Positions 1 through 9,728 of a DNA stretch of 38,738 bases are shown piece after piece. Made by a program: the position numbers and the translations under genes. The number at the start of each line of letters is the position of its first letter. The first letter of the stretch is position 1. A model generated the notes under the pieces. It did not search any database, had not been told where the DNA came from, and saw only the letters and a program-made list of their open reading frames with translations. Origin of the DNA: an uncultured bacterium (GTDB taxonomy: Bacteria > Krumholzibacteriota > Krumholzibacteriia > Krumholzibacteriales > Krumholzibacteriaceae); assembly GCA_965371515.1 (NCBI GenBank), contig CBDUYR010000024.1, positions 1-38,738 on the forward strand, in the 5' to 3' direction.

Positions 1-1721
1 TACCTTATGGGCTCTCCAGGGCCGACGGGAATGCCCAGCGCGTACCAGAGGAGAAGCAACGCAATCCACGCAATCCCGGTGAAGATCGCGTAGGGCATGA
101 GAAGCCGGATCAATGTTCCGATACCGGCGTCTTTTTTGTATTCCCTTACCCACCCAAGGGCAAGTGGAAAATAGGGATAAAGAGGGGAGATGCCGTTTGT
201 TGTAGAGTCTCCGATCCTGTAAATGAGCTGGGTGACGGCTGGTGAGACAGAAGGTTTCAGTAATAGAAACATAGGAACAAGGATAGGGGCCAGCATTGCC
301 CATTTGGCTGAACTGGAACCGAGAAACAGATTCATAGCCATGACTATCAGGATAGTGATAATGAACAGCCCGGGGCCTTGAAATGCCATTTTATTGAGTA
401 CATTGGCTCCAGTGATCGCTATTATCTGATCGAGATTGGACCATTGAAAGAATGCCACGAACTGAGAAATGACCAGCACCAGGACTATGAGACCGGAGAT
501 GCCTTTAACGCTCTTCACCATCATGGCTGGAATATCGGAGAGACTCTGAATCTTGCCCAGGATCACGCCATAGACTATTCCGGGGATCGCGAAGAAGAAG
601 AAGAGTATTACCACAAGACCCTTGAAGAACGGGCCACGCATCACAGCAGGCATGATTTCGATGTAGTAAGCATTATCGAGGGCCGACTCTCCTTCCGGAA
701 GGTAAATACGAACCCTTGCGTCGTCTCTAAAATTGTTTATGGCTGATTCGTCCAGAAACAGTTTCTGGCCGTCGAGAACTACAGCGGATCTTTTCATGTC
801 TCCATCGAGAACAACAGCCGTTTTGCCCATCACCCTCTGGATATCCCCACTCGCTGGCATTTCCTTGAAGGTGATTGTCTGGATCTTGCTTGTATCGTAG
901 CGTAGGGGGCCGTTTTCCGGCAGCACAGTCAGGAAGGCAAGCACCAGATAAAGAACCAGCGATACTATCGCCCACCTCATCCCCTTTTTTTCTACGCTGG
1001 TTGGTTCTGAATTGCTGATCTCTGCATCCACAGCAACGCTTCCGCAGGCCGGTAAAGTAAACTTTTTAGCAACCCAGGTCATTACTCCTGCAAGTACAAA
1101 AACGGAGGCAATCATAAAGTAAAGGTTTGCAGAGGCACCCACATGCAGGTTGGGGTCATCAAGGGCCGAGTTCGTGAAACCGGCCATCAGCACATCCGTG
1201 CCCCTGGGAATCAATGTGGCTGTAAAACCGGCCGTACAGGAGGCGTAGGCAAGGATGAGTCCAGCCAGAGGATTCATCCCCATCTTCTTGAAAGCTACCG
1301 CGGCAAGCGGCGGCACTACGACAATTCCGGCGTCAGAGCCAAGGTTGCCCATAATTCCAGTGACCACGATCATAGGAAATATCAGAAATTGAGGAACCTG
1401 CGTCATACGGGCCAGGGCTGTTTCCATGAGGCCGGAATGAAGTGACAGAGAAACACCCATCAACATCACCAGAACCAGGCCGAGGGGAGCAAAGTGGGAG
1501 AAGTTCGTTACCATCTCGAGGACGAATCTCTGCAGGCCGTCCTCAGAAACCAGATTCTTTACCGTGATGGTCTCGTTACTTATGGGGTGGACCACAGAAA
1601 CACCCAGAAGCCCTAATATGAGTGATAGAACCAGGATAAGAACACCCATATAGACAAACATCCAAAAAGGATGCGGTAATCTGTTGCCGGTTTTTTCAAC
1701 CCAGGTTAGAAATTTTTCCAT
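1..1721 (-). CDS. abgT: AbgT-family transporter (p-aminobenzoyl-glutamate/antimetabolite transporter); runs off the window edge at or just before its stop
   Basis: Not in the ORF track. Manual translation from ATG 1721 gives MEKFLTWVEKTGNRLPHPFWMF...NFSHFAPLGLVLV...EKKGMRWA...PENGPLR...PFFKGLVV...LWYALGIPVGPGEPIR, all hallmark AbgT segments. The N- and C-terminal segments share one frame; the last partial codon is TA-. Confidence 0.9.
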   Translation of the reverse strand, partial: MEKFLTWVEKTGNRLPHPFWMFVYMGVLILVLSLILGLLGVSVVHPISNETITVKNLVSEDGLQRFVLEMVTNFSHFAPLGLVLVMLMGVSLSLHSGLMETALARMTQVPQFLIFPMIVVTGIMGNLGSDAGIVVVPPLAAVAFKKMGMNPLAGLILAYASCTAGFTATLIPRGTDVLMAGFTNSALDDPNLHVGASANLYFMIASVFVLAGVMTWVAKKFTLPACGSVAVDAEISNSEPTSVEKKGMRWAIVSLVLYLVLAFLTVLPENGPLRYDTSKIQTITFKEMPASGDIQRVMGKTAVVLDGDMKRSAVVLDGQKLFLDESAINNFRDDARVRIYLPEGESALDNAYYIEIMPAVMRGPFFKGLVVILFFFFAIPGIVYGVILGKIQSLSDIPAMMVKSVKGISGLIVLVLVISQFVAFFQWSNLDQIIAITGANVLNKMAFQGPGLFIITILIVMAMNLFLGSSSAKWAMLAPILVPMFLLLKPSVSPAVTQLIYRIGDSTTNGISPLYPYFPLALGWVREYKKDAGIGTLIRLLMPYAIFTGIAWIALLLLWYALGIPVGPGEPIR

Positions 1722-1805
1722 AGTTTTAGTAATCTATAGTACATGCATGCAGAAATCCATAAAAATTCGGTCGTCAGCCTGATTTAGAACGCTGTCCGGT
1801 CTTTC

Positions 1806-3530
1806 TCATTCGAGATTCAGGGAGTGCTCCGGCCATTCGCCGGGGAACGCGATAGTGTAACTTATCCTGATCTCGATCTTCCCGCCTGCCGCGGGCTTCA
1901 GGTTCCAGGTCACGATGCCGTCGTCGCGCCTCTCGTCGGGCTTCGGCGTCATGTCGACCTTCTCGACCTTGACCTCTTTCATCGTCGAGACGGGGATCCT
2001 GTCCTGGAGGACGATCTCGGCCGTTTCCTTCTTGAAGTTCTCCAGTGTGATCAGGTAGTGGTACCTGATCTTCTTCCACTTCTTGCCTTCTTTTTCTACA
2101 TACTCGCGCTTTACGAGCTTGTGCTCGATCTTCACGTTCTGGTCGACGCCGAGATGCAGGGGGAACTCCTGCCCGTCGGCGAAGGTGTCGAGCTGCTGCC
2201 TGCCGACGAAAGTCGAGCTTACCCCTCCGCCGGGCGCCTTCGTATCGATGTAGACCTCGGCGATACCTGCGAGGACCGGCGCCCCGAGCGAATTCGTGAC
2301 GAGTCCCTTCACGAACACGTCGTCCCTCAGGCGTGGAGCGGTGTAGAGCGAGAGCTCGGCGGGCATCGTTCCCTCGGTGATACGTATCCTCTTTGAATCG
2401 GCACCTGTCTCGAGATCGACCTTTGCCGGTACCTTGAAGCTGGCGGCGAATTCAGAGGCGGCGACTTGTGTCTCGAGGTGATCGGCGCTTCCAGCGGGGA
2501 CGTGGAATTCGTCTCCAGTCCTGACTATACCGCCCTTGGGAGCCAACACCTCTGCTACGTCATTCACCGACAGTTCCGACACCTCTGTCCGGTATTCCAT
2601 CTTATCTCTGCTTACCCTCTGCATCCTCCTGCTCAGGTAGTGAGGCTGCAGCTCCGGAGGAGCAGCGCCGGCGTGCGGCATCGCCGTCGATAGAGTGACG
2701 TCGACGCCCTTCCAGTCCTCGCCGGTGGTCTGTTTCATCCTCGCGTTATAGACGAGTGCGACTTCCTTCTTCCCGGGATCGAAGCTGATACGGTATTCGG
2801 GGATCCATACTGTCCCCGGGACTATGTATGTCAGATCGAAAGTCAGATCTCCCGCGGATGTTACGGCGCAGTCGATCGCCACGCGGTAGCCTGAGCGTGC
2901 GCCTCGCTTCAACAAGTTCAGGTCGCGCCTTATCCAGGCTATGTCCTCCTTGATCTCTTTTTTCTTTCGGTTCAGCGCATAGACCTGCGCGTCGGCGCCG
3001 GTGCGCTCGGCCTGCAGGAAGTCCATCAGAGCCTTCCAGCCCTCCACCTGGAATATCTCCGATGGGAACTCTTCGGCCTTGTTCTGCTGCATCGGCAGCC
3101 TGCCGAGCTGCTCGATGAACTGCAGGCGTACCTGCAGCGCGTTGGTCTCGATATCGATCGAGTCTCTGCGCGTAACGAGCGCCTCGAGTTTCTCGAACAG
3201 TTCCATGAACTTCGGTGTAACCGCCGGATCTTCCTGGACCCTTATTACGTCGGTGCCGACGATGCTGACCTCAGCCGTACCGTGTCCCTCTACCTGAAGG
3301 GATGCGGCATCGAAGCTGTTCGGCAGGTCGTCGCAGAAGATCCGGATCTGTCCGCTCTTTAGCGGGATCGTGCCGGACCGCTTGACCTGCGCCTGGCCCT
3401 TGTAGACTGTTGCGGAGATGATCTCTGTCTTCAGCTCCGCTTCCTTCTGATCGTCCGCGAATGCTGCTGCGGTGATGAGAAAAGACAGGACCAGTACTGT
3501 TGATACGCGCCTGAAGACCGATAACGACAT
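1806..3530 (-). CDS. DUF4140/DUF4139 domain protein (MuiA-like), secreted
   Basis: Start moved to ATG 3530 (GGAGA SD, then signal peptide MSLSVFRRVSTVLVLSFLITAAAFA). Motifs ATVYKGQAQVKR, a coiled coil, WIPEYRI, QTTGEDW.GVDVTLST, DRIPVS and GIVTW are typical of this family. Confidence 0.85.
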   Translation of the reverse strand: MSLSVFRRVSTVLVLSFLITAAAFADDQKEAELKTEIISATVYKGQAQVKRSGTIPLKSGQIRIFCDDLPNSFDAASLQVEGHGTAEVSIVGTDVIRVQEDPAVTPKFMELFEKLEALVTRRDSIDIETNALQVRLQFIEQLGRLPMQQNKAEEFPSEIFQVEGWKALMDFLQAERTGADAQVYALNRKKKEIKEDIAWIRRDLNLLKRGARSGYRVAIDCAVTSAGDLTFDLTYIVPGTVWIPEYRISFDPGKKEVALVYNARMKQTTGEDWKGVDVTLSTAMPHAGAAPPELQPHYLSRRMQRVSRDKMEYRTEVSELSVNDVAEVLAPKGGIVRTGDEFHVPAGSADHLETQVAASEFAASFKVPAKVDLETGADSKRIRITEGTMPAELSLYTAPRLRDDVFVKGLVTNSLGAPVLAGIAEVYIDTKAPGGGVSSTFVGRQQLDTFADGQEFPLHLGVDQNVKIEHKLVKREYVEKEGKKWKKIRYHYLITLENFKKETAEIVLQDRIPVSTMKEVKVEKVDMTPKPDERRDDGIVTWNLKPAAGGKIEIRISYTIAFPGEWPEHSLNLE

Positions 3531-3786
3531 TCTATTCTCCCTTGAGTTAAACCCATCTCCATTGAAAACGGAAAACGCCGGGATGTCAATCCGAATGGGC
3601 ATCCCGGCATTTCCTGCTACCACGGGCAATCTATGTAGCACTAACGCTGGGTGGAACGGTCGGCCGGGCGACGGCAATAATCTATTTTAATGTATGGATG
3701 GCAAATGTGGCGGCGGCATCGAAGTGGGCTTCTGATCAAATATAATATTCGAGGTATTTTGAGTCAAATTCCGTATCGCCGATACT

Positions 3787-3808
3787 ATAGTAGCGTTTTC
3801 GCAACGAT
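3787..3808. promoter_or_regulatory. Putative OrpR-type operator upstream of the activator gene (autoregulation)
   Basis: ATAGTAGCGTTTTCGCAACGAT closely matches the palindrome ATAGTAGCATTAATGCAACTAT at 5259-5280. Confidence 0.55.
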
Positions 3809-3851
3809 ATCGGTTGAATCGCGTCTTCCGGGACTGTATCCTTTATCTGTA

Positions 3852-5210
3852 ATGGTATCGAACACAGACATAATCCTCGACAGCATCACCGATGGTGTCT
3901 TCACTATCGACCTCGAATGGCGCATCACCTCGTTCAATGCCGCTGCCGAGAGGATAACGGGGATGTCGAGAGAGGAAGCGGTGGGGAAGTTCTGCGCCGA
4001 GGTCTTCAGGGCGAGCGTATGCGAGGACTCGTGCGTGCTTCGCAGGACGATGGAGAGCGGAGAGCCGGTGCTCAACGAGGAGATCTCGATCGTCCGTTCC
4101 GACGGCGAGACGATACCGATCAGCATCTCGACCGCCCTGCTGAGAGACCCAGAAGGAAACGTCGTCGGCGGCGTCGAGACCTTCCGCGACCTTTCCGTTA
4201 TCGAGGAGCTGCGTAAGGAGCTCAGTGCCTCCCACACCTTTTACGACATCATCAGCAAGAACCACCAGATGTACAACCTGTTCGACATCATGCCCGACCT
4301 GGCCGAAAGCGAGAGCACCGTTCTCATCGTAGGGGAGAGTGGCACGGGCAAGGAGCTCTTCGCCATGGCGATCCACGACCTGAGCGCGAGGCGAGCCGGT
4401 CCGATCATCACGGTCAACTGCGGGGCCCTCCCCGACACGCTTCTCGAGGCGGAGCTGTTCGGTTACCGGGAGGGCGCCTTCACCGACGCGCGGAAGGACA
4501 AGCCCGGCAGGTTCGCATTGGCCGAGGGAGGGACGATCTTTCTCGACGAGATCGGGGACATAATGCCCGCCATGCAGGTAAAGCTGCTGCGCGTCCTGCA
4601 GGAGCGCGTCTACGAGCCGCTCGGCGCGACCGAATCTGTAAAGGCCGACGTGAGGATCATCGCGGCGACCAACAGGGACCTCGACGCGATGGTCGAGGAA
4701 GAGACGTTCAGGCGGGATCTGTATTACAGGATAAACGTCGTCCGCCTCAGGATACCGCCGCTGCGGAAACGGAGGGAGGACATCCCTCTGCTCGTCGATC
4801 ATTTCATCGGCAGGTTCAACAGACTGCGGGGGCGTAATGTCACAGGGGTGACTGCCGACGTCATGTCCATCCTGATGGGGCACGATTTCCCCGGCAACGT
4901 CAGGGAGCTGGAGAACATCATCGAGCACGCCTTCGTGCTCTGCCGCTCCGGCATGATCGGGATGCGCCATCTGCCCGACAGCTTCCGGCAGCCGGAGGGC
5001 GGAGAAAGCCCGGTGGACACCGCCAGCCTGCCAGAGCTCGAGGGAAGGTTTATCATCGAGGCCCTGAAGAGGAACGGCTGGAACAGGGAGCAGACAGCCC
5101 GTGAGCTAGGCATGCACAAGACGACCCTCTGGAGGAAGATAAAGCACCTAGGTCTCGAGTTGCCCTCGAAGGACGGCAGAAACCGCCAGTCTCCCCGAAA
5201 AAAGCCGTGA
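3852..5210 (+). CDS. orpR: Sigma54-dependent activator, PAS + AAA+ + Fis-type HTH (OrpR-like, putative Fe-S redox sensor)
   Basis: PAS domain (ILDSITDGVFTID) contains C-X8-C-X3-C (CAEVFRASVCEDSC). Walker A GESGTGKE, GAFTDA loop, FLDEIGD, FPGNVRELEN, C-terminal HTH. Start moved to ATG 3852. Confidence 0.9.
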   Translation: MVSNTDIILDSITDGVFTIDLEWRITSFNAAAERITGMSREEAVGKFCAEVFRASVCEDSCVLRRTMESGEPVLNEEISIVRSDGETIPISISTALLRDPEGNVVGGVETFRDLSVIEELRKELSASHTFYDIISKNHQMYNLFDIMPDLAESESTVLIVGESGTGKELFAMAIHDLSARRAGPIITVNCGALPDTLLEAELFGYREGAFTDARKDKPGRFALAEGGTIFLDEIGDIMPAMQVKLLRVLQERVYEPLGATESVKADVRIIAATNRDLDAMVEEETFRRDLYYRINVVRLRIPPLRKRREDIPLLVDHFIGRFNRLRGRNVTGVTADVMSILMGHDFPGNVRELENIIEHAFVLCRSGMIGMRHLPDSFRQPEGGESPVDTASLPELEGRFIIEALKRNGWNREQTARELGMHKTTLWRKIKHLGLELPSKDGRNRQSPRKKP

Positions 5211-5229
5211 GGCCCCGCCTGCTGTTATT

Positions 5230-5280
5230 TGCATATATGCATTTATACCCCCCGGACAATAGTAGCATTAATGCAACTAT
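5230..5280. promoter_or_regulatory. Tandem upstream activating sequences for the sigma54 promoter
   Basis: Palindromes TGCATATATGCA (5230-5241) and ATAGTAGCATTAATGCAACTAT (5259-5280) share a GCA-N4-TGCA core and lie ~100-150 bp upstream of the -24/-12 element. Confidence 0.65.
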
Positions 5281-5375
5281 AGCACCTGTCGATACTCAGC
5301 TTCACGGGCTCATCTGATTTGGTATCTTATAATAACACAAGCAGATAAATGATATATTCTCCGGCTGGTGTTTCG

Positions 5376-5391
5376 GGGCACGGATAATGCC
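5376..5391 (+). promoter_or_regulatory. Sigma54 (-24/-12) promoter of the ORP operon
   Basis: GGGCACGGATAATGCC: GG(5377-78)-N10-GC(5389-90) with the GGCACG consensus, 27 nt before ATG 5418 and directly downstream of a bEBP gene. Confidence 0.8.
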
Positions 5392-5417
5392 ATACGTTGT
5401 TGTGAGGCGTTATTGCA

Positions 5418-5846
5418 ATGAAAGTGGCGATACCAATAAGGAATGGCAGGGTCTCACCGGTCTTCGACACGGCGAGCCGGGTGATCCTGGTCGAATTCGA
5501 GGGCGGCGTACCGGCCGGGCGCTCCGAGTTCTCCATCAGGGAGGGCGGCAATGGAGCGAGGGTCGAGCTGCTGCAGGATCTCGGGGTCTCGACACTGATC
5601 TGCGGCGCGATCTCGAATCAGATCGCCCGTATCGTCGAGCGGTGCGGCATCGAGCTGCTGCCGTGGGTGGTGGGCGACATTGAAGACGTCATAGATGCGT
5701 ATTGCGGAGGCTCGCTGGGCACCGACGGGTTCATCATGCCGGGGTGCCGGCGCAGACAGGGAAGAAGAAACATCCGCCGCGGCGAGAACCGCAGGCGGGG
5801 AGACGGAAATCGCCGGTGGACCGGCGGAAGGAGGAACGAGGAATGA
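5418..5846 (+). CDS. NifB/NifX-family (dinitrogenase FeMo-cofactor domain) protein with Arg/Gly-rich tail
   Basis: MKVAIPI..GRVSPVFDTA, GVSTLICGAIS, F.MPGC followed by an R/G-rich tail. Confidence 0.85.
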   Translation: MKVAIPIRNGRVSPVFDTASRVILVEFEGGVPAGRSEFSIREGGNGARVELLQDLGVSTLICGAISNQIARIVERCGIELLPWVVGDIEDVIDAYCGGSLGTDGFIMPGCRRRQGRRNIRRGENRRRGDGNRRWTGGRRNEE

Positions 5847-6205
5847 AGATAGCAATATCAGCGGCGGGGAGAAAACCGGACAGCCCGATGGATGCCCGCT
5901 TCGGAAGGGCCGGATACTTCCAGATATTCGATACCGATACCGGTGAATACGAGCTCATTGACAACACGTCCGGCAGGGACGCGATGCAGGGGGCGGGTGT
6001 GCAGGCGGGCGAGCTTGTAGCTGGCAAGGGAGTCTCGGCTCTTATAACGGGTCACTGCGGGCCGAAGGCCTTCGAGGTCCTCGGCGGCGCCGGCGTCAAG
6101 GTGATGTTGTGCGGCGGCGGAACGGTGGAGAACGCGGTAAAAAAATTCATGGATGGTGACCTGAAAGAGGCCGCCGGACCGGATGTTAACGGCCATTGGG
6201 GCTGA
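5843..6205 (+). CDS. Orange protein (ORP)-like NifB/NifX-family protein
   Basis: Start ATG 5843 (ATGA overlap). MKIAISA...MDARFGRAGYF...GAGVQAGELV...LITGHCGPKAF...AAGP resembles Desulfovibrio Orange protein. Confidence 0.88.
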   Translation: MKIAISAAGRKPDSPMDARFGRAGYFQIFDTDTGEYELIDNTSGRDAMQGAGVQAGELVAGKGVSALITGHCGPKAFEVLGGAGVKVMLCGGGTVENAVKKFMDGDLKEAAGPDVNGHWG

Positions 6206-6219
6206 AAGGAGACAACGAC

Positions 6220-6651
6220 ATGCCAGGAGGAGACAGAAGCGGACCGAGAGGCGAAGGACCGAGAACGGGAAGAGCTGCCGGGTATTGCAGCGGATTCGAT
6301 GTCCCGGGGAGCATGAATCCTGCGGGGCGTTACGGCGGGAGAGGCCCTTATGACGCGGGAGGCATGCGCGGTGGCGGTTTTTCCGGTGGCGGATACGGAC
6401 GGGGCAGAAGGAATCGCTTTTTCGCGACCGGACTGCCGCGCTGGAGTCGCGGGGGAATGGGGCGCGGGCAGTTTCGTCCGTATGGATACGATGGATATGA
6501 TGGATATGAGGCGGATTATCCCCGGGCCGAAAGCACCGGAACCGAACTCGATTATCTCAGGCAGGAAGCCGAGTTCATCGAGAAAAGGCTTGAATCGATA
6601 TCGGGCAGGATCAGTGAGCTCGAATCTGATGCCGCGAAGGAAACGGACTGA
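6220..6651 (+). CDS. DUF5320-like Gly/Arg-rich protein with C-terminal coiled coil
   Basis: AAAGGAG SD, then MPGGDRSGPRGEGPRTGRAAGYC; RNRFFATGLPRW; ELDYLRQEAEFIEKRLESISGRISELE coiled coil. Confidence 0.85.
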   Translation: MPGGDRSGPRGEGPRTGRAAGYCSGFDVPGSMNPAGRYGGRGPYDAGGMRGGGFSGGGYGRGRRNRFFATGLPRWSRGGMGRGQFRPYGYDGYDGYEADYPRAESTGTELDYLRQEAEFIEKRLESISGRISELESDAAKETD

Positions 6652-6654
6652 GGG

Positions 6655-7557
6655 ATGAGGATTGCATTTGCAAGCGGCAAAGGGGGGACGGGAAAGACTA
6701 CCGTAGCAGTCAACCTGGCCGTTTCGGCTGTGAGAGTTGGCCTCGGCACGGCGTATGTAGATTGCGACGTCGAGGAGCCGAACGGTCACATTTATCTCAA
6801 GCCCGAGAAAGGTCTTTCCCTCCCCGTTGCCGTCGAGGTCCCTGAGATCGACGAATCGCGCTGCACAGTATGCGGCGAGTGCGGGAAGATCTGCGAGTTC
6901 CATTCCATTGCCGTGCTGGGCGACAGGGTGATGGTCTTCCCCGAGTTGTGCCATGGATGCGGCGGGTGTTTCCTCGTCTGTCCCGTCGATGCCATGAAGC
7001 GCAGCAATCGTCCTGTCGGCAGGGTTGAAACAGGTGTGTCGAAGATCGACCCGTGCGGAAAGGATCAAACCGCCCCCGGCGGGGACGGGGAGATATCGTT
7101 CGTGCAGGGGATCCTCAAGGTGAAAGAAGCGATGCCTCTGCCGGTCATACGGGAAGTGAAAAAACACATACCCGACCGGGATATCGTCATTGTCGACTGT
7201 CCGCCTGGGAACTCCTGCCCGATGGTCGAGTCGGTCCGCGGCGCGGACAGGGTGATCCTGGTCACCGAACCAACGCCGTTTGGACTCAATGATCTCGAGA
7301 TAGCCCTTCAGACAGTCAGGGAGATGAATATCCCGGTCGATGTAATACTGAACAGATGCGATCCGGACAGCAGGCTGCCAGAGGAGGCCTTCGCCGGAAA
7401 AGGGTTCGAGGTGATCGCGAGGATCCCGGAATCCCGCGAGATAGCGGAGATCAATTCGAGAGGCGGGCTGGCGTCAATCGAGTCCCCTGAGTTCGCCAGG
7501 ACCATGGACAGGCTGCTCGAAGAGATCCTGCGCACGGCCGGGGAGGCACCACGATGA
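6655..7557 (+). CDS. MinD-superfamily P-loop ATPase with inserted 2x[4Fe-4S] ferredoxin domain
   Basis: [57 protein letters not shown]. Confidence 0.92.
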   Translation: MRIAFASGKGGTGKTTVAVNLAVSAVRVGLGTAYVDCDVEEPNGHIYLKPEKGLSLPVAVEVPEIDESRCTVCGECGKICEFHSIAVLGDRVMVFPELCHGCGGCFLVCPVDAMKRSNRPVGRVETGVSKIDPCGKDQTAPGGDGEISFVQGILKVKEAMPLPVIREVKKHIPDRDIVIVDCPPGNSCPMVESVRGADRVILVTEPTPFGLNDLEIALQTVREMNIPVDVILNRCDPDSRLPEEAFAGKGFEVIARIPESREIAEINSRGGLASIESPEFARTMDRLLEEILRTAGEAPR

Positions 7558-8432
7558 AGGAACTGGTCGTTATTAGCGGAAAGGGAGGGACGGGCAAGAC
7601 GAGCATAGCGGCGTCGCTGATAAAGCTTTCGGGCGGCGTGGTCTCGGCAGACTGCGACGTCGATGCCGCGAATCTTTACCTCGTCGTAAAGCACAAAGTC
7701 CGCAGGGCCACCCCGTTCAGAGGGGGGAAAAAGGCTGTAATAGATCAGGCCCTCTGCACATCGTGCGGAAAGTGTGCCGAATTGTGCCGGTTCGATGCCA
7801 TCGACAATATTGACAATACCTTCCGTATCGATAAATTCGCTTGTGAAGGGTGCGGTGTATGTGCATATTTCTGTCCCGAACGAGCAATTACGCTGCTCGA
7901 GGAAGACGGCGGGGAGTGGTTCCTGTCCGATACCGATTCGGGCCCCATGGTACATGCGCGGCTCACACCCGGTGGCGAGAACTCGGGCAAGCTTGTCACG
8001 ATCGTCCGCAACGAGGCGAAAAGGGTCGCGGCGGGCAGAGGGATCGGCACGGTCATCGTCGACGGAGCTCCCGGCATAGGATGTCCCGTGATAGCATCGA
8101 TCACCGGCGCGGACGCCGTGCTCGTAGTAGTGGAACCTACACTTTCCGGAATGCACGATATGAAGCGCGCCATGGAGCTCGCCGGGTATTTCGGCGTAAA
8201 GATAATGCTGGCCGTCAACAGGTGTGATATCAACGAAGATATCGCGGCCGAGATCATCGAATATGCAGCCGGCAACGGCATTCACCTGGCCGGCCGGGTG
8301 CGGTACGATCCCGATGTGACGCGAGCCCAGATAAACGGGATGAGCGTAGTCGAATACTCCGACGGGCCGGCCGCCAGCGATATAAGGCGGCTCTGGAAGG
8401 CTGTCGTCGATGAACTGGATCTGGAGGTATGA
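7554..8432 (+). CDS. Second MinD-superfamily P-loop ATPase with inserted ferredoxin domain
   Basis: [69 protein letters not shown]. Confidence 0.92.
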   Translation: MKELVVISGKGGTGKTSIAASLIKLSGGVVSADCDVDAANLYLVVKHKVRRATPFRGGKKAVIDQALCTSCGKCAELCRFDAIDNIDNTFRIDKFACEGCGVCAYFCPERAITLLEEDGGEWFLSDTDSGPMVHARLTPGGENSGKLVTIVRNEAKRVAAGRGIGTVIVDGAPGIGCPVIASITGADAVLVVVEPTLSGMHDMKRAMELAGYFGVKIMLAVNRCDINEDIAAEIIEYAAGNGIHLAGRVRYDPDVTRAQINGMSVVEYSDGPAASDIRRLWKAVVDELDLEV

Positions 8433-9697
8433 TGAACGACAAGATGGACCAGGAAAAACTGAACAAGAGGATGTCGAAGATAAAGCACAAGATCCTCGTA
8501 TTGTCCGGCAAGGGCGGGGTAGGCAAGAGCACGATAGCGGTCAATCTGGCCGTTGTCCTGGCAGCCGCCGGGAAAAAGGTCGGCCTTCTCGACGTCGATA
8601 TCCACGGGCCGAGCGTGCCCAAGATGCTCGGGATAGAGAATATGTCTCTTCAGGGCAGCGGGGAGTCGATCAATCCCCTCGAGGTCGGCGACAACCTCAG
8701 GGTCATGTCGATAGGTTTCCTGCTCAGGAGCGCCGACGACGCGGTGATATGGCGCGGACCGATGAAGATGGGTGTCATAAAGCAGTTCCTCTCCGACGTG
8801 GAGTGGGGAGAGCTCGACTATCTCGTGATAGATTCCCCTCCCGGAACAGGCGACGAGCCCCTGTCGGTCGCCCAGCTTGTTCCCGACGCCGACGGCGCGG
8901 TCGTTGTGACGACGCCGCAGAACATCGCCCTGATAGATGTGAGAAAATGCATAACCTTCTGCCGGCAGCTCAAGCTGCCCGTCATTGGCGTTGTCGAGAA
9001 CATGAGCGGATTCGTCTGTCCGCACTGCGGCGAGAGAACGGAGCTGTTCAAGAGCGGTGGCGGCGAGGAGATGGCGAAAGATATGAATGTGCCCTATCTC
9101 GGGGCCGTTCCGTTCGATCCCGCCGTGGTGCATGCCGCCGACCTGGGCGAACCGTACGTGCTGAAGCATCCGGAGTCTGAGACCGGCAAGATCTTCGCCG
9201 CGCTTGCGGCGCCGATGCTGGCGCTGAAGAAGAGAGAGGTTGCCTCTGCTGCTTCCGCAAGCGGAAGCAGCACGTCGTCTACCGACGGCTCGGGCACGAT
9301 GAAGATCGCGCTCCCCATCGACGGCGGCAGGGTCAGCGGGCATTTCGGGCACGCCGAGAAGTTCGCCATTTTCGAGGTGGATTGTTCGAGCAACGCGATA
9401 GCCGGCTCGAGCGAGGCCGTCCCGCCCCCTCACGAGGAGGGCGCCATTCCCGAATGGCTCCGCGAGGAGGGAGTCAGCCTCGTCATCGCGGGCGGACTGG
9501 GCAGAAAAGCGAAACAACTCTTTGAAGATATGGGCATCGATGTCGTGACGGGCGCGCCGCAGGACGAGCCGGGCGCAGTGGTCAGGTCCCACCTGGACGG
9601 GGCGCTCGAGTCGGGCGACAATGCCTGCGGGCACGGTTCCGGCGGTGGGTCGGGCGAGGGATGCGGCGGTGGAGCGCCGGGCGGCTGCGGCCATTGA
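8429..9697 (+). CDS. apbC: Mrp/NBP35 (ApbC) Fe-S carrier ATPase fused to a C-terminal NifB/NifX domain (MrpORP-like)
   Basis: [43 protein letters not shown]; Ser-rich linker; MKIALP...[10 protein letters not shown] domain; Cys/His/Gly tail. Confidence 0.92.
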   Translation: MMNDKMDQEKLNKRMSKIKHKILVLSGKGGVGKSTIAVNLAVVLAAAGKKVGLLDVDIHGPSVPKMLGIENMSLQGSGESINPLEVGDNLRVMSIGFLLRSADDAVIWRGPMKMGVIKQFLSDVEWGELDYLVIDSPPGTGDEPLSVAQLVPDADGAVVVTTPQNIALIDVRKCITFCRQLKLPVIGVVENMSGFVCPHCGERTELFKSGGGEEMAKDMNVPYLGAVPFDPAVVHAADLGEPYVLKHPESETGKIFAALAAPMLALKKREVASAASASGSSTSSTDGSGTMKIALPIDGGRVSGHFGHAEKFAIFEVDCSSNAIAGSSEAVPPPHEEGAIPEWLREEGVSLVIAGGLGRKAKQLFEDMGIDVVTGAPQDEPGAVVRSHLDGALESGDNACGHGSGGGSGEGCGGGAPGGCGH

Positions 9698-9728
9698 CCG
9701 GCCGGATTCGAATGTGGAGTAAATCGGG

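Noticed and set aside
378..1445. Short ORFs 378-746, 727-975 and 1143-1445
   Set aside because: All overlap the abgT frame that the ORF track missed because it lacks an in-window stop.
3531..3851. N-terminal extensions of the DUF4139 (to 3677) and activator (from 3690) ORFs
   Set aside because: The extensions cover AT-richer regulatory DNA. SD, signal-peptide and domain boundaries favour starts at 3530 and 3852.
6481..6510. Short tandem repeat (GATGGATAT-like, YGYDGYDGYE)
   Set aside because: In-frame low-complexity coding repeat in a Gly-rich linker; too short to indicate a contingency locus or CRISPR.
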